Source: Tubulanus polymorphus (lineage: Eukaryota > Animalia > Nemertea). Taken from it: a stretch of 64,000 nt of DNA. Below, one piece after another: positions 37,569-51,200 of the stretch. The notes below the pieces were generated by a model. That model searched no databases and was not told the DNA's origin. It saw nothing but the letters and a program-made list of their open reading frames with translations. Location of the stretch: positions 19,475,653-19,539,652 of the forward strand of contig NC_134028.1 in the NCBI RefSeq assembly GCF_964204645.1, written 5' to 3'. Each line of letters opens with the position of its first letter. Within the stretch, counting starts at the first letter, position 1. The position numbers and the translations under genes were made by a program.

Positions 37569-40500
37569 ATGGCGAGCTCAGTCGTTGAAGTGTTTACTGC
37601 AGCTGTGATTATTTCAATGCTATTCCAGTCATCACAAGGTCAGTATACAACGAAAGCCTGAATTTCCGTTCACATTCACTTCTTATTGCAATTATCGTTT
37701 ATAATAATCTTAATTATCATTGATGGATTTATCATCATTTCTTAAACCTTGAAACCAAGCGGACAGAACGTCCAGTGTCTGTACAGCCTTTCATGGCTTT
37801 CAGCAGGGTCCTAATACACTTCATATTTCTATGATCCATTTACGTAACCTAATTCAATGATGATATTATAATTTCAAGACAAATTTAATGATTCTTTTTA
37901 ATACAATTCAATAAATACAATACAAATGGTGTTTTTAGTTTCAGCCAACGATGTGCAATGCTCAAATATGATCGATCTGTTAAAATCAATCCCATTGTCG
38001 AACATAAGAATGTCTCATCACGCCTTAGACGATCATTTCGACATAACTGATGCCTTAGAGGTAGGCTTAAAGGGCCAGGGTGTAAAATTCTGGTCAATTT
38101 ATTCTTTGTACAATCGTAAACAGACAATTCAGAAAAACGCTTTCTCATTATCGACAATTGATTGAGATCACTACTACTAGATAAACCTTCTGCTATTTCG
38201 GGACCCTATCGTTAATCATCGTGAATATTTGGATTTTCTGCTACTTTGCAGAAGGCTATTGTTATTTTATTCATGATAACTTTTTCCGCCCCTTCCAGCC
38301 AGTCAGTGTTCATAAAGTGTTTATCGCCTATCGAACCGACTACTATCAAAATCGCCTATCAAACCGACTACTTACAGCTACTAACGCAATGAATAATCCG
38401 CTGGCATACGTCATATCTCTAATATATGTACATTCCTTCTTATTTAAGTCGTTGAATAATACATTGTTTTACATTGTTAATGATGAATCATGAATAAATG
38501 GCATAATATCAATCGATAATATTTTGAATTTCAGTATATCAGTTATTGAATTGAATTGACCAACAACCAGTCTAGCTCAGATATATAGCGCTGAAAAATA
38601 TCAGGACATGTAAATTTATCAAACAGAAAATTAATAAAAATAAATAAAATAAATGCCAAAATTCACGATTGTAATTTTGAAGTAACGATATTGATCATGT
38701 AGTACACATCGAATCCCACAGAACCCTTCTTTAAATAACGCATAATATAGTTATCAATGTATACACATTATTGTACGGCGTCAAAAATCCGAATGATATG
38801 TAGAAATCATCGTGCGACGGCGAATTTATTTTTCACAAGTGACCAGCGCATGCGCAGTAATGAAATGGCTACCGGTATTGGATGATGCCAATCTTGATTG
38901 TCGATAGAAAATGGCGGCTTTTTAAATAGTCGTTCTATAGAGCGTCCAGAGCGTAAGGTTATGTTTACAGAGTCCAACGGGTCAGAGTTAAGTTAGGATT
39001 AGAGTAGGCTTAGGTTTAGGATTAGGGTTTTAAGGGGAAAGAACAATAGGTAAATATGTAAAAATAGGTAAACATGTAAATATAATAAAAATTGCTTAGC
39101 CGGTACTCGAGCAGTGCGTGCATGTTCAAATCCCATCTTTTGAAATCAACATCGAATTTTCTAAGACGACTAAACATACTAAAAAACTCATAAAGGTAAT
39201 TATCTAAGAGAGTTCATGTAAACATCGAGAGTTCCTGTTAATATATTGATTGAACTGCTGAAAAGTGAACTATTGTTCCGTTGACTCCTAGATGAATACA
39301 GCAGTAATAGCTGCTGTAAGTTTTTGATGGATATCCAATGCATATATATTCTGAATTCTAATTTGAAGTACATTACTTATTGCTGTCATAGAACTAGGCG
39401 TTTTTAGAAATTACAATTTTGGTTGACCTATGCATTAGTAGGCCTTCGTAACTTGCGTTTTGTTTTCTTGAGGTAATGATGGGCAATTCATCGATCGATT
39501 TTCAGTTCAACTCATGCAGTGAATCCAACGGTGCATCTAAACAATAGTTGACAAAACAATTTGACTAATAAAAAGTTTCATTTTTGATGCAGTAATTGTT
39601 TATTTCCTTCTTTTTTCTTTATTCTTTATTAATGTTATGGTTTACGTCTAGCAAAATATATGGTCTGCGCATGCGCCGGTCTCTTGTGAAAAATAAATTC
39701 GCCGTGCGACGAGTTAATTCCCTACAAACTTTACCCGACGACCTTGAGATATGTCCCATGTATTAGTAAAATAGGACTGCTCCGGAAATGTCAAATCAGG
39801 ACAGTGTCTAAGTAACATTGCCAAAATTCAACTCTATTTATATTATCAGGTTCGAATCCCAGCAATATGTTTTTTCCAGTTTCCATAATTCCCTTCAATT
39901 TGTTTGCGGTTGTTGCAGAAACCGTTTTCTCGCTGTTTGTCGCTGTATTCATTGTTATTATTACAGGGCAAAGACCATTATGACAACACAGCCGAGCGCT
40001 TATATCTGGACGATCCGTTTGGTTGGCACACTTATTCCACTGACGTTTGGGTCGAACTTGACTTCGGGAAAACGGTTGAAATCAATGATATCGTCACGAG
40101 GGGCACCGTGCATCATCTCGGAAAGTTTTGGGTTCAGGAATATCGTCTGAAATACAAGGACAGAGGCGATAGTTGGTATTACGTCACGAATGAAGATGGT
40201 AGTCCCAAGGTAAAGATGGTGGCTATTATTTGCGCAAAAGCTATTGTGAAACTGCGAATGAATGGGGAACTGCAATTATACTATAGTTTTCCTGCCAGAT
40301 GGCGTGATGAGCAGTCTTACGTTATCAGAATGAGTTCATTATCGATTTAAACTAGACTCCTGAATCCACATATTATCACAGTACTGGTACACACATACAC
40401 ACCAAATACACTTTTGATTCATTTTTCTAGTCAGTTATACGGGATATCGGCAAATTAAAGTTCTTGAATTACTCGTTTGATGGCGCTAGTCAGAACCGGA

Positions 40501-43500
40501 AATTGGAACCTAAATCCGCCATGTTTTAGTTCATTTGCAATAAAAATCTCTCGCTTCAAGTTTTTAGTTAGCGATATTTTACTTACTATACAACGGCATG
40601 CATAATCCTTTGAGTATGATATCCTGACAATGTGTTGAATTCGATAAAAACCCACTTCGAACGCTAAAGATTACTAGAAATGTAAAAAAACTACCAAAAA
40701 TAACAAATTTAGCGATGACGCTCGAAGCAGCTAACGGAAATAATGACTGGTGCCGGGTGTCATCACTTTGTTGTTGAGTTCAAGACTCTTAAGGTTAATT
40801 TATTGCAGGCTACACTGATAAATATAAAATACTATTGTGAAATAAAATTGATTTTAGAAAGACTAAACTCGTAGATTCATAATAGAAATATGAAAAGTAC
40901 CAGGACTCGAACCAACAATCAAAATTGGACCGTCAAGTGCTGCCACCATGTGACACCTGGCAACCAGTCTTTGCATCGTCAGCAGTTGCAAAATGTTTTT
41001 TGATAATTTTAGGACATTTATAGTGATTTCTAGCCTTTGCAGTGAGGTTTCATCATATCCAACGTAGTGGTAGGATATCATATTTAAAGGATTATGCGTG
41101 ACGATATATAGTAAGTCAAATATCGCTCATTGAAAACTTGAAGCGAGAGATTTTCATTGCAAATGAACTAGAGCATGGCGGATTTAGATTCCAATTTCCG
41201 GTTCTGACTAGCGCCATCAAACGAGTAATTCAAGAACTTGAATTTGTCGATATCCCGTATTGGGATAGCTTTCGTAGATAATTGATTTAATTTACGAACT
41301 AATTTCGTTCAAGATTTGGACTGGATGTAACAGTAACAGTAACAGTAACAGTAACAGTAACTGTAACATTAAGTGATGGACCGCTTTGGCGATCTTAACA
41401 CTGTTTAACGATACACAGTTGTTAGATTTTAAAGTTAATGCACAGAAGAAATTGAACACGGAGTTACTACTCGTGACACCTGGTGGATCCTTGTTTGTCA
41501 TTAGGGGAATCTTTGATTACCACAGTAGAGTTGGAAATTCCCTTTTAAACCTATATAGAATATGTGACCTTTGACAGAAAAATAGGTTTTATATATTATC
41601 ACTTGTAAAAGGCGCCGAAAAACCCTTATATACGAACCAATGATAGGATACCAAACACCTTCCGAGGTCCACACATAAGACAGGTGTTTCGATTTCTATC
41701 GGAGGCGTCAGAAGAGAATTTTCTCTTCTGACGCCTTATTGTTTCGGCCAGAATATGCGAGCTTCCTCTTCCGGAATAGCATAATAAAGCTGAGAGAAGC
41801 GGTCGGTCGAGAGTTCGTTATCCGGAATCGATATTCTTGACTCGGAAAATGTTCGACCGAAATCTGTCTAAGTAGGCTATTGACATGAGAAGTTCGAATA
41901 TACATTTCTGTGTTGAAATTATAAATCAAGAGGTATAAGCAACACGTTTCCTATTTAAGTACTCATCGGACAAATCAAGTCAGTATTGCTAGGGCCAATT
42001 ATACGGTAACATAATAACAAAAATCAGAAACAATTGGCAGCACTAGGTATATGGTTATTAACCCTTGGAGAAAATACGACTAATTTTGAGATAATGAACG
42101 ACTTTGTATTTTTTCAGCTATTTTCTGCAAACTCAGATCCCCGCGGAGAAGTACGCCATGCAGTGTATTTAACGGCGACGGCGCTGCGGTTAGAAGCAAC
42201 GAAAACTAAACGATGCTGTTTCGTCGAGTTCACCGACCCGCCGCACGTCACCGGGATGAGACTCAAGGTCGAGGGCTGTTTTACCCCGAGGGAACGAAAA
42301 CCTTGCGAACCGAACGTCGACCTCGTAAAAGCGACGTCTTTATCCGATATAAAAGTTGCCCATACGGCTAGCGATGAGAATTTCGACGTTAATGACCCAA
42401 TGAGAGTAAGAAGCTTTTTAATGTTTTTCTTATCTAGAATTCCATTCACAAGTAAGATTCATTGAGTTCGCTAATCGTGATGAGTCCTACTATTTTTGGA
42501 TCGCCAAAATATTCTTTAAAAATCAGAAGATTGGGGCCCGTTTTACTAACTCTTAGAGAGAATCCATCTCATTCGTCCTCATTCTTTTCTGGTCACTCCG
42601 ATATAACCCAACGCCGGGTACCACCACGAACCACATCACAAATAATGATGTGATGTTGTGCACCTCGACTCATCTACGAGCAATTTAGATAATTGCTCGT
42701 AGGACTCATAAACTACTGGTAACCCCTGATTAAAAACACATCATGGCATCAACGTATGGAATCATTATTGTAACGGTTCTTAGGGCGTACAAAATATGAA
42801 AATTCATCACATTTTTGAAAATAATAGTTATGAAATTCATCTAGTTACAAAATAAACGCAAAGTTTGATAGTTGTAAATGTCATTTTGAAACGCCAATAT
42901 TGATGACGTAAACACACTACCCTTTGAATAAAGCATAGCAGTAATGAGATAAGTGTCTTTTCATACCAGAGGTCGAAAGGTCGAGCTCATAAGAAATAAA
43001 AAATGAATTCTATAATTTAAAACTGTATTAAATATTTTAGGATTTTTGATTCCATTATCTATTAGTTCAGTAATTAAATATGTTGATAATATTTGATTAA
43101 TTATACTAATATTATCAATTTTATATTGTCTTGCATACAATAAATTTGTTGCTGAGATATAATGTTTAATGTTAAATAATGAAAATAAGTTATTAGTTTC
43201 TTTTCTAATATGATTTTTAGATTTTAAATGTTGTTCATAATATCTTTTGTTACTGAATGATTGATTACATGTATCACATTTATATATTTCTTTTTCATTC
43301 TTTAATTCTTCTAATTTAGTTTCTAATATATCATTATTATATTCTAATTTCAATTTATTTTCTAAATGAGATTTACTTTTATGAGATGAGTGTCTTTTCA
43401 TATCAGAGGTAGAGAGGTTGAGTGAGTAAAAAATAAAAAATAATTTCGAGCATGCGAGAATTTATTTTTTAATTTTTTATGAGCTTGACCTTTGGACCTC

Positions 43501-46500
43501 TGGTATGGAACGACACTTATCTCATTACTCATAGTAATTACTGACTATCGAGCATGTAGTAAAGGTGAATAATATAATGCCTTGATAATACCACTGTTGG
43601 TACCAATTTGAAAATATGGCGTTATAACTAATTCGGCAACGTTATAAAGAATTGTATTTCCATTGAGTTAGATAAAAAGCAAATTTAAGCTCTGAAAAAA
43701 TGTTGGCGTTTAGTGAGCGGTGGCAGCGTTATAACAGACCTTGACCTGTGTAAAAATATTCAGTAACGGTTTTTACGGCGTCAACAAATTAGTAATTAAA
43801 CCATCCATTGACTAATAATTATACAATTTAAACGAATCTTTTATAGAACGGAAAACATCTGAACGTAACAGCCGAGCGTCTGTACTTCGACGACCCGTAC
43901 GGCTGGAATACTTACGCCGCTAAAGTTTGGCTGCAATTAGACTTCCATAGAACGGCTGAAATTCACGCGATCGTCACCAAAGGAACGATCCACCACATGG
44001 GCGTTATCTGGGTCAGAGAATACCGTCTGAAATACCAGAAACCAGGAAACGATGACAGATGGTATGATGTCACAGATGAGAACGGGAATCCCAAGGTAAA
44101 AGTGATCGAATCTTTAAAACAATTAAGTAGGCCTAAACTTGGCTATGGTAAAAAGGCTGTCAATTATCGTGCTTCCTAAGAAAAGCGGTAGGGTATGTGT
44201 AAATTATCTATAATTCGGCTGACGACTCTAGATCTAAAATTTGAAATGATTCTGAAAACTATCCGGTGTATTTGAATTTACATAATCATAAAACAACCCT
44301 ATCATTTGTTGATTTCATAAATTTCCAAAATACATGAATACATTCAAACAAATAAAAAGAGGATCGCTATGATATATGTAATAGGAATCTGATATCATTC
44401 TAACGACACATTTCTGTAGCAAATGTAGGTATTGCTGATTCGTTACAGTAGCTTAAGTATGGTTCAACTAAATCAAAATATAGAGTATAGATTGGGGTAA
44501 TGGGCGTTTTAATCTATTCAATATCCCTACACTGTGGGGAACCTTATGTCGAACACAACCCAGGAAGAAAGCCACTAAATATTTGGATGGATATATGAAA
44601 GCTGTGGGTACTGGAGTGTGTAATGGGTAGTGTAGTGTGATCTGTGTGAATTTGTGGCCAGCACACAGATCACATTGTTCATTGGGGTTTATTATTTTTT
44701 TTCAACAACACGGAAGTAACGTGTAATAAATGATGACTTGAATTGCATGACTACCTACCACCCCTCATTATTGTTGGAAAAGTAAAGGTTCCGCACTGAC
44801 TGAAAATTAGTAATAATAATTAATAACATTTTAGAAATGGCCAGAATTTAGGTTCTATCTCATTTTTATTTTACAATTGCGATTGGTATAATTTTTTTTT
44901 TAAACGGCCGTTAAGGCTTCATGTTTCGTTTGCAATTCACTGCAAATAGTTACGCAACTATGCACATTTCAGTGTTTTTGGCAGCTGTACACTCAATTGG
45001 CACCGTTCGTGACTAGCTTCACTGCGGAATTATCATTAATTAACATCGCCATATCACATCATCAACTTATATTGTGCCTTAAAACCCTAACAGCCGAAAT
45101 AATTGAAATGCACACGCGATTTCTATCATTGAAAATTGAGAGAGTGGCCATGTTTGTGTTTGCTGCTTCGCGTAAATCCCGCGCGGTGGCGCATCCGCGC
45201 GGAGTGGGGCCGATACGTCTAGGAAATTAGTATTTCGGCCCTGTCAATTGCTTGACCACTTATTTGAATTGAAGTATTATCAGGTAAATTGGAACTGAAC
45301 ACAATGAAATGCGTCTTTTTTAAGTTTAAAGATAGTTTGTTGGCTTGGATCCACTCGGCCAATTTATCATGTGCGTAGTTCAGGGTTTGCACTAAACGTA
45401 TTAAATGTATATGTTTGAAACTCTGAGGTAAGCCTAGGTGACAATTGGAGTCCAATGTCCAGTTTGACTCTAGGGTTAAGACACTACAAGGTATATTTCT
45501 AAAAGAAAAAATACTGCGACAGGTGGTTTTGCAAAGTCATTAAAGATTAAGATTAAAAGCCTCTAAGGATATAATTCTTCCGATTATGGTGGGAGAAGTC
45601 ATGAAGAATGAATAAATTAATGAAGATTAAAAAATCGGAAATATGAAAATAATAAACGAAACATGTTGTTCATTTTGAAAAGAAGCACCGTGATAAAATG
45701 TAGATTTAAAGTATTATATAATCATACATTATGAAAAACGGAATGAAATGAAACATGCTACGGTAAGTATTCACGTAATCAAATTGTAGAATAAAAAAAG
45801 TATAAGAGAATAAAGAATTTAATTGAATATAAGCCACGAGAGAAGAGCAAAGAGATTTAGTCAATCAATATCCGGCGCGGCTTAAAATAAAGAAACCCCT
45901 CAAAATGAATAAACTAAAATGCAAGATTTTTGCTTTTGAATGATTTGTAATTTCCCAGAATAGGCCTAAGGCTCATATAACTCTGTATTTTTGAGTTTTA
46001 AATTTTGTAATCAAAAGATCTAAAAATAGTATTCATCATTAGCGGGACGTCGATTCGGCAATAATTTTTCAGGGAAGCCGGAGCTGATAAGCCTTTCCCG
46101 AAAGGGAAATGCGCATCCGTAGTCGAAAAAAAACTTATTGCTCATTAAATTTGATAAATGAAAAATATGATACGTTGTTTTCTGATTACTTATAGATTCT
46201 TAATTCTATTTGTGTACTGTCTACTTAATTGTGGAAATCCGGAAACAATAAACTGGGAACAAAAAAGTATATTTGAACTTGAATTGAGCCCATTAGGTGG
46301 TGGTATTGGAAGACACCAGGCGGTTTGGTCAACTTGATATGCTCTAGCGCCGTGGTGCTATCGCAAAAAATAAACTTATTCGAACTGTTAAACTTAATCG
46401 ACAACAGTAGAACTGGGTCCAAACACAATACAAAAAACCTCATCTAGTAATCAGACACAGTCAACTCGAACTTTTGGCCTACCAAACCTAACATTCTAAT

Positions 46501-47245
46501 CGTCTCTTTCTTAGCCGCCCTAATTTTGACCATTAACGATGCCGACTATAGCAATACGCCGGAGTTTCTAAAATGTCAATTTATGATAATGTAGCTTATT
46601 ATTTACCCTGGTCCCAACCGTCGAAAACTGAACGAAGTTATTGAATGAAATTCGTTTTATAAGTTGCATTTTAGCAAAACGCTGAATCGACTATGATACT
46701 GCAAAATGACAATTTGAGAGGAAAAAGCCGAAACAACGATAGCAAAATTTTGGGGAAAAGGCGTCTAAATTTTCCGCTCCCACTCACTATGGAATATTCT
46801 GCCCATAGTTAGTTATATTAGATCTAGCCTTACAGACGAAACTTTTAAATCAAATCTTATGAGTTATCTTTTTAAATCAACCTATTTGTCTTCATTATTG
46901 TGCAAAGATTACATAATTGTAGTTGATGTGCGATTATTTTTACCATAATGTCATTAGGGTTTCTTTCTGCCGAGCGGAAAACCCTGACAATGCTTATATA
47001 ACGCAAACACTCCAGCTAGATGCTTAAGAGAAATAATAAAAATCAGTTAATGTTTCACTTCAAATTTCTAGATATTCGCAGGTAACACCGACGCACTCGG
47101 CGAAGTACGTCACGAAGTGCGTTTAACAACCACGGCGCTACGGTTGGAAGCGACGAAGACAAAACGCTGTTGTTTCGTCCAGTTAACAGATCCGCCTCAT
47201 GTCACCGGTATGAGACTCAAGATCGAGGGCTGCTTTGAAAAATAG
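37569..47245 (+). CDS. Secreted protein with two tandem discoidin (F5/8 type C) domains, ~379 aa (exons 37569-37638, 37945-38060, 39967-40209, 42118-42405, 43847-44095, 47072-47245)
   Basis: Signal peptide, then twice GW....W(V/L).LDF.....I..IVT.G......WV.EYRLKY....W..VT.E.G.PK.F..N.D...EVRH....MRLK(V/I)EGC. All introns are GT-AG and in frame. Confidence 0.85.
38820..39702. mobile_element. MITE with ~38-bp TIRs and a target-site duplication
   Basis: GCGAATTTATTTTTCACAAG.GACC.GCGCATGCGCAG and its reverse complement. CGTGCGACG flanks both sides (9-bp TSD, MULE-like; 7 bp if the ends are drawn 1 nt wider). Confidence 0.8.
40440..41257. mobile_element. MITE with ~125-bp TIRs and TA flanks (Tc1/mariner-like)
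   Basis: CGGGATATCGGCAAATT...CTTCAAGTTTT at 40440-40564, mirrored at ~41133-41257, with TA on each side. Confidence 0.8.
42940..43529. mobile_element. Polinton-like mini-element (590 bp) with AGTAAT...ATTACT termini, ~6-bp TSD and a C2H2 zinc-finger ORF fragment
   Basis: ~55-bp TIRs homologous to the 57584 terminus. Flanks CATAGC / CATAGT. Minus-strand fragment YKCDTCNQSFSNKRYYEQHLKSKNH. Confidence 0.75.
45230..45400 (-). pseudogene. Short LINE (CR1/L2-like) RT fragment
   Basis: LAEWIQANKLSLNLKKTHFIVFS matches the RT 'W...N.L.LN..KT' motif. Confidence 0.6.
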
Positions 47246-47359
47246 GAAATTAACGTTGTATATACATTATATGGTATAATAAAAGAATTATTCGATGGAA
47301 ACGAAAAGTTGTAGCTAATTCCAGTAGTAATGCCTCATATCGATAATCCAATAGTAAAA

Positions 47360-47432
47360 CTGCAGATACATCAAACGCCATATCTCTCGCTTGCCAGGGG
47401 AGTGCTTTAACCATTCTAGCAATCGGGGCGAC
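47360..47432 (-). repeat. Decayed tRNA-derived SINE head
   Basis: The minus strand reads GCCCCGATTGCTAGAATGGTTAAAGCAC...GGCGTTTGAT, with an A-box-like and a weak B-box-like motif. No intact cloverleaf. Confidence 0.35.
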
Positions 47433-48263
47433 CCACAAATTCTAGCTTTTCCTTTAATTTTTCAGTCCAGGCCAAGTCAGGTCCTAGATAAAACAGGGAG
47501 TAAGAAATGCCGATGAGATGTAGCAGATAGCCCTCCACAATGTGAACTTACTCAAGAGCGTTTCATAATTTTGCAAGACCCTCAAATCTTGGAACAGAGC
47601 CTCTGGAAATCAATTTTACAATGATCTCAGCGATTTCACTGAATGATTTATAACAATATTTGCAATATCATGTTTGAAATCATAGACTCTGGTAATTATA
47701 ACAAGAAACTGCTGTCATTAGGGTTTTCTGACTTTCGTCGTAAACCCTCTTGTAATTCTGCTGATTGTTATTTCTTTTCCCCTTTCCAGCCATAAAAAAC
47801 TTCATAAAATGTTTCTTCTCTGAGATTCGACTAATGGACAATAAGTGCTCTTATCAATGTAGTTGATATTCATAGGACACTGAAAGTGTGGGCTGGAATT
47901 CTTTTTATAGTATTCATCGAATTAATCTCATGACGGATATACAGAGACCTTACTAGATAATGGATTCGCCATTCGTTTATTTCTAATCCTTAAATTCCTA
48001 ATTCCACCCGATGACCTTGAGAATGGTCTCTGTGTAAGTCAAAAAGAAGATTGCTCAGAGAATAACCAAATCAGGGAAATCCAAATCAGCTCCGTTTACT
48101 AACGGCTACTGAACGCGTTCAACAATTAAGTGAGAGCATTCTGGAAACGATGATTGGAATTCTTTGAATGTAGCTGCGACGAAAAGCCAGTACCGACTAA
48201 AATAGATTGGTCGTCCTGTAAACTCTACCCGACAAGAAAATGAAATAACGTATAACCGATCCG

Positions 48264-51200
48264 TGTCGGTGACGCCATTCAGTTTGACACAATTCTTTCT
48301 ATAGTTTATAGTTTGAACCGCTCTTATCAGTACACTTTCATTCAGGCATTACGGTAATTCGACTCTCTTTAGATAAACGACTATTTCCAGGCATCACCCA
48401 CGTCTCTCTTTCCTCTGCGCATGCGTATATAATCATAACCTTATAGTTTTAGTAAAATATATTCAGTTAATCATATGGAAATTCATGAGTTAGATCTGAT
48501 CAATCGATAGTCGCCACTCGGACGGCCAGAGTCGACGACATTGGTGCCGTGACCAGGATACTAATCATCATCATCAATACACAACGCAATGCATTAATGG
48601 ATAAAAAAGTCAACTAACTCAAACGAAGTCAAAAGTTAAGAAAATTCAATTCATCATGACGAAGATCGAACAACTCATCAGAAAAAGAGAATCAACCATC
48701 GACGCATTTGATGCGGAATACTCTGTTATTCTGCAAATAATGCAGTAAACAACGGTAACCGAAGACCAGGGGACTGAGCTCGAAGCTCGCCTGGAAGAAT
48801 TACAAGACGCACACGAAACACGGGAAAACGTTTCTAATCAAATCCAAGAGATGATTAGAAACGACGACGACTATAAAAACGAAACGAAAAAACATCAAAC
48901 GCAAGACGATCAGAAGAACGAGTTAAACTTCTGAAAACCAAACGATATATTGAAAACCACACGAAGTCTAAACAACCCGAAACATCAACTGTCCGGGTAA
49001 CAGACGACAATGATCATCATCAATTTACGGCGAGATTACCTAAATTGAAACTGCCTGTATTCGACGGAACTTACACCCAGTGGACAGCGTTCTGGGAAAC
49101 GATTGAATGCGACGTCATCGCAGGAAAATTCAGCGATATAACAAAATTCAACTATATCGTCGGTCAGCTTCGGGGAAGCGCCCTCGAAGCAGTTAAGGGA
49201 CTATTCGCATCCGGCTCGAATCTCGAGACATTGACATCAATTCTGAAAGATCGTTTCGGACAAAATCGTAAAATTGTTCGAGCGCATATTCAGGAAATCT
49301 ATGATATTCCATCAACAACTTCGAACTATTCAGGACTGTCACAATTTCTAAATAAGATCAACGCGAATGTAAGATCATTAAAACATCTGGGCGTTGACGT
49401 TAACGCGTGTGCACCATTCATCATAACATCGTTAGAGAAAAAACTACCGCGTAATCTATTAGAAAAAATGGGCACATGCGGTCAAAAAGATAACTTTGAT
49501 CTGGATAAATTCATTAACACATACGAAGAGTGTCTCGACAATCTGGGTGAAAATGTAAGTGAAAAATCTCTACAGTACCAACATCAGTATCGAAATTCGA
49601 GATCCGGTACTGCGACATCATTGGTATCCGTCACTAAACAGACACAGTTGAAATGCACATTTTGTGACGGTGAACACTACCCAACAAACTGTCAACTACC
49701 AATCGAAGAACGTCTTCAAAGGGTAATCGAAAGACGATTATGTCGAAACTGTCTCAAACCAAATCATCAAGCAAAGGACTGTCAAAACCGCAATCGCTGT
49801 AAAATATGCAAGAAGACACATCACACGTCAATTCACCGAGATCAACATCAACAAACCGTCTCCGGATGTACATTCGTCAACCAAGGTCATGCGCTGGATA
49901 AAATCGTTCAAACATCGGATATAAATAATGTCAAATCATGCGAGGATATGAATTTCAGTATCGATTTCGGAAAATACGCATTGGATACTACCAACATGGT
50001 CAGTAATGAAAATCATGATTATCAAAATGAGGTTGTGTTGCTGCAAACGGGGCAGGTGAGTATTGAATATCACAATCACACTTTGGAAGCCAATACCCTG
50101 CTCGACAATTGTTCCTCTATGTCATACATTCGCTTCGCTGTTGCCAAAGCTCTCAAATTGGTACCGTCGTACCAACTATCGAAAAAGGTAAATGGTTTCG
50201 GTGGCCATTCTACGAAGCGCGTATTTGATATGGCACCCATAGGCATTAGAACATCTGATGGCGTTAAATTCATCGACGTAGCTGTCACTGATGAGATAAT
50301 TCGTCCCATCTATCGACACGGTTGGGCTGATTGTCTAAAGTACGAACAAATCTCAAATGCACACCTCGCAGATAACTTCAAATCCGAGGTATTCGTGGTC
50401 GATTTATTAATCGGTACTGCCCATCATCATCTATTCTTAAAGAACAATCTGGAGGACGTACCGGACGGTCCCCAGTTACAACACACGAATCTCGGTAGTT
50501 TCGTTTTCGGGCCCTTACACAGGTTGTTAACCCCTATTGATACAAATAGGTCTAGTACAAATGCATACACGGTAAGTACCCTTACAGACTCATCAATTAA
50601 CAATCGGGAACTGTTGGATGACCAAAGCATAGGAGACTATCTACACCAAAACATAGCTGAGTTTCCCGGGGATAACACTTTCGATCGAGAAAGTTTCATA
50701 ACGCAGTATCAAGGTAAGATAGAGTATAAACATGGGTGTTACTGGGCCCCACTCCCATGGAAACATGAACATGATGAGCTGGGTACCAATCTGGAACAAT
50801 GCCGGGCTAGATTGTTTCAGATCACCAATCGTCTCCAAAGAACCAATCGACTTGACCAGTACATAAAAGTAATGGAAGAACATCGCAACCGAGGTACAGT
50901 ATCTGAATTACCAAACCCTGATTCTGTCAAGGAAGGGGATTGTTACTACTTGCCACATTTCCCTGTACTAAAGGAGAGTAACACAACCCCTTAACGGATC
51001 GTCTTTGCGGCTAACGCAGGCTCCCCATCATTAAACGACTGTCTGTATGAGGGTCCAAATATGCTCATTGATCTACCTACCCTCATAATGAAATTCAGAA
51101 TTGGTAGAATTGGTTTGTCGGCTGACATAGCTAAGGCATTTCTATCAGTTAAACTACAGGAAGGTGACAGGAGGTATGTACGATTTCTCTGGTACAAGGA

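Noticed and set aside
38985-39030. TTAGG/TTAGGG-like run suggesting an interstitial telomere
   Set aside because: Only a few degenerate units, internal to a MITE.
39292-39315. Possible 24-nt micro-exon of the discoidin gene (AG...GTAAGT)
   Set aside because: It lies inside a MITE, adds a short unrelated peptide, and exons 37945-38060 and 39967-40209 already join in frame and match the second domain.
40895-40960. tRNA gene candidate on the minus strand (GGTTCGAGTCC B-box)
   Set aside because: No complete cloverleaf; more likely a SINE remnant inside a MITE.
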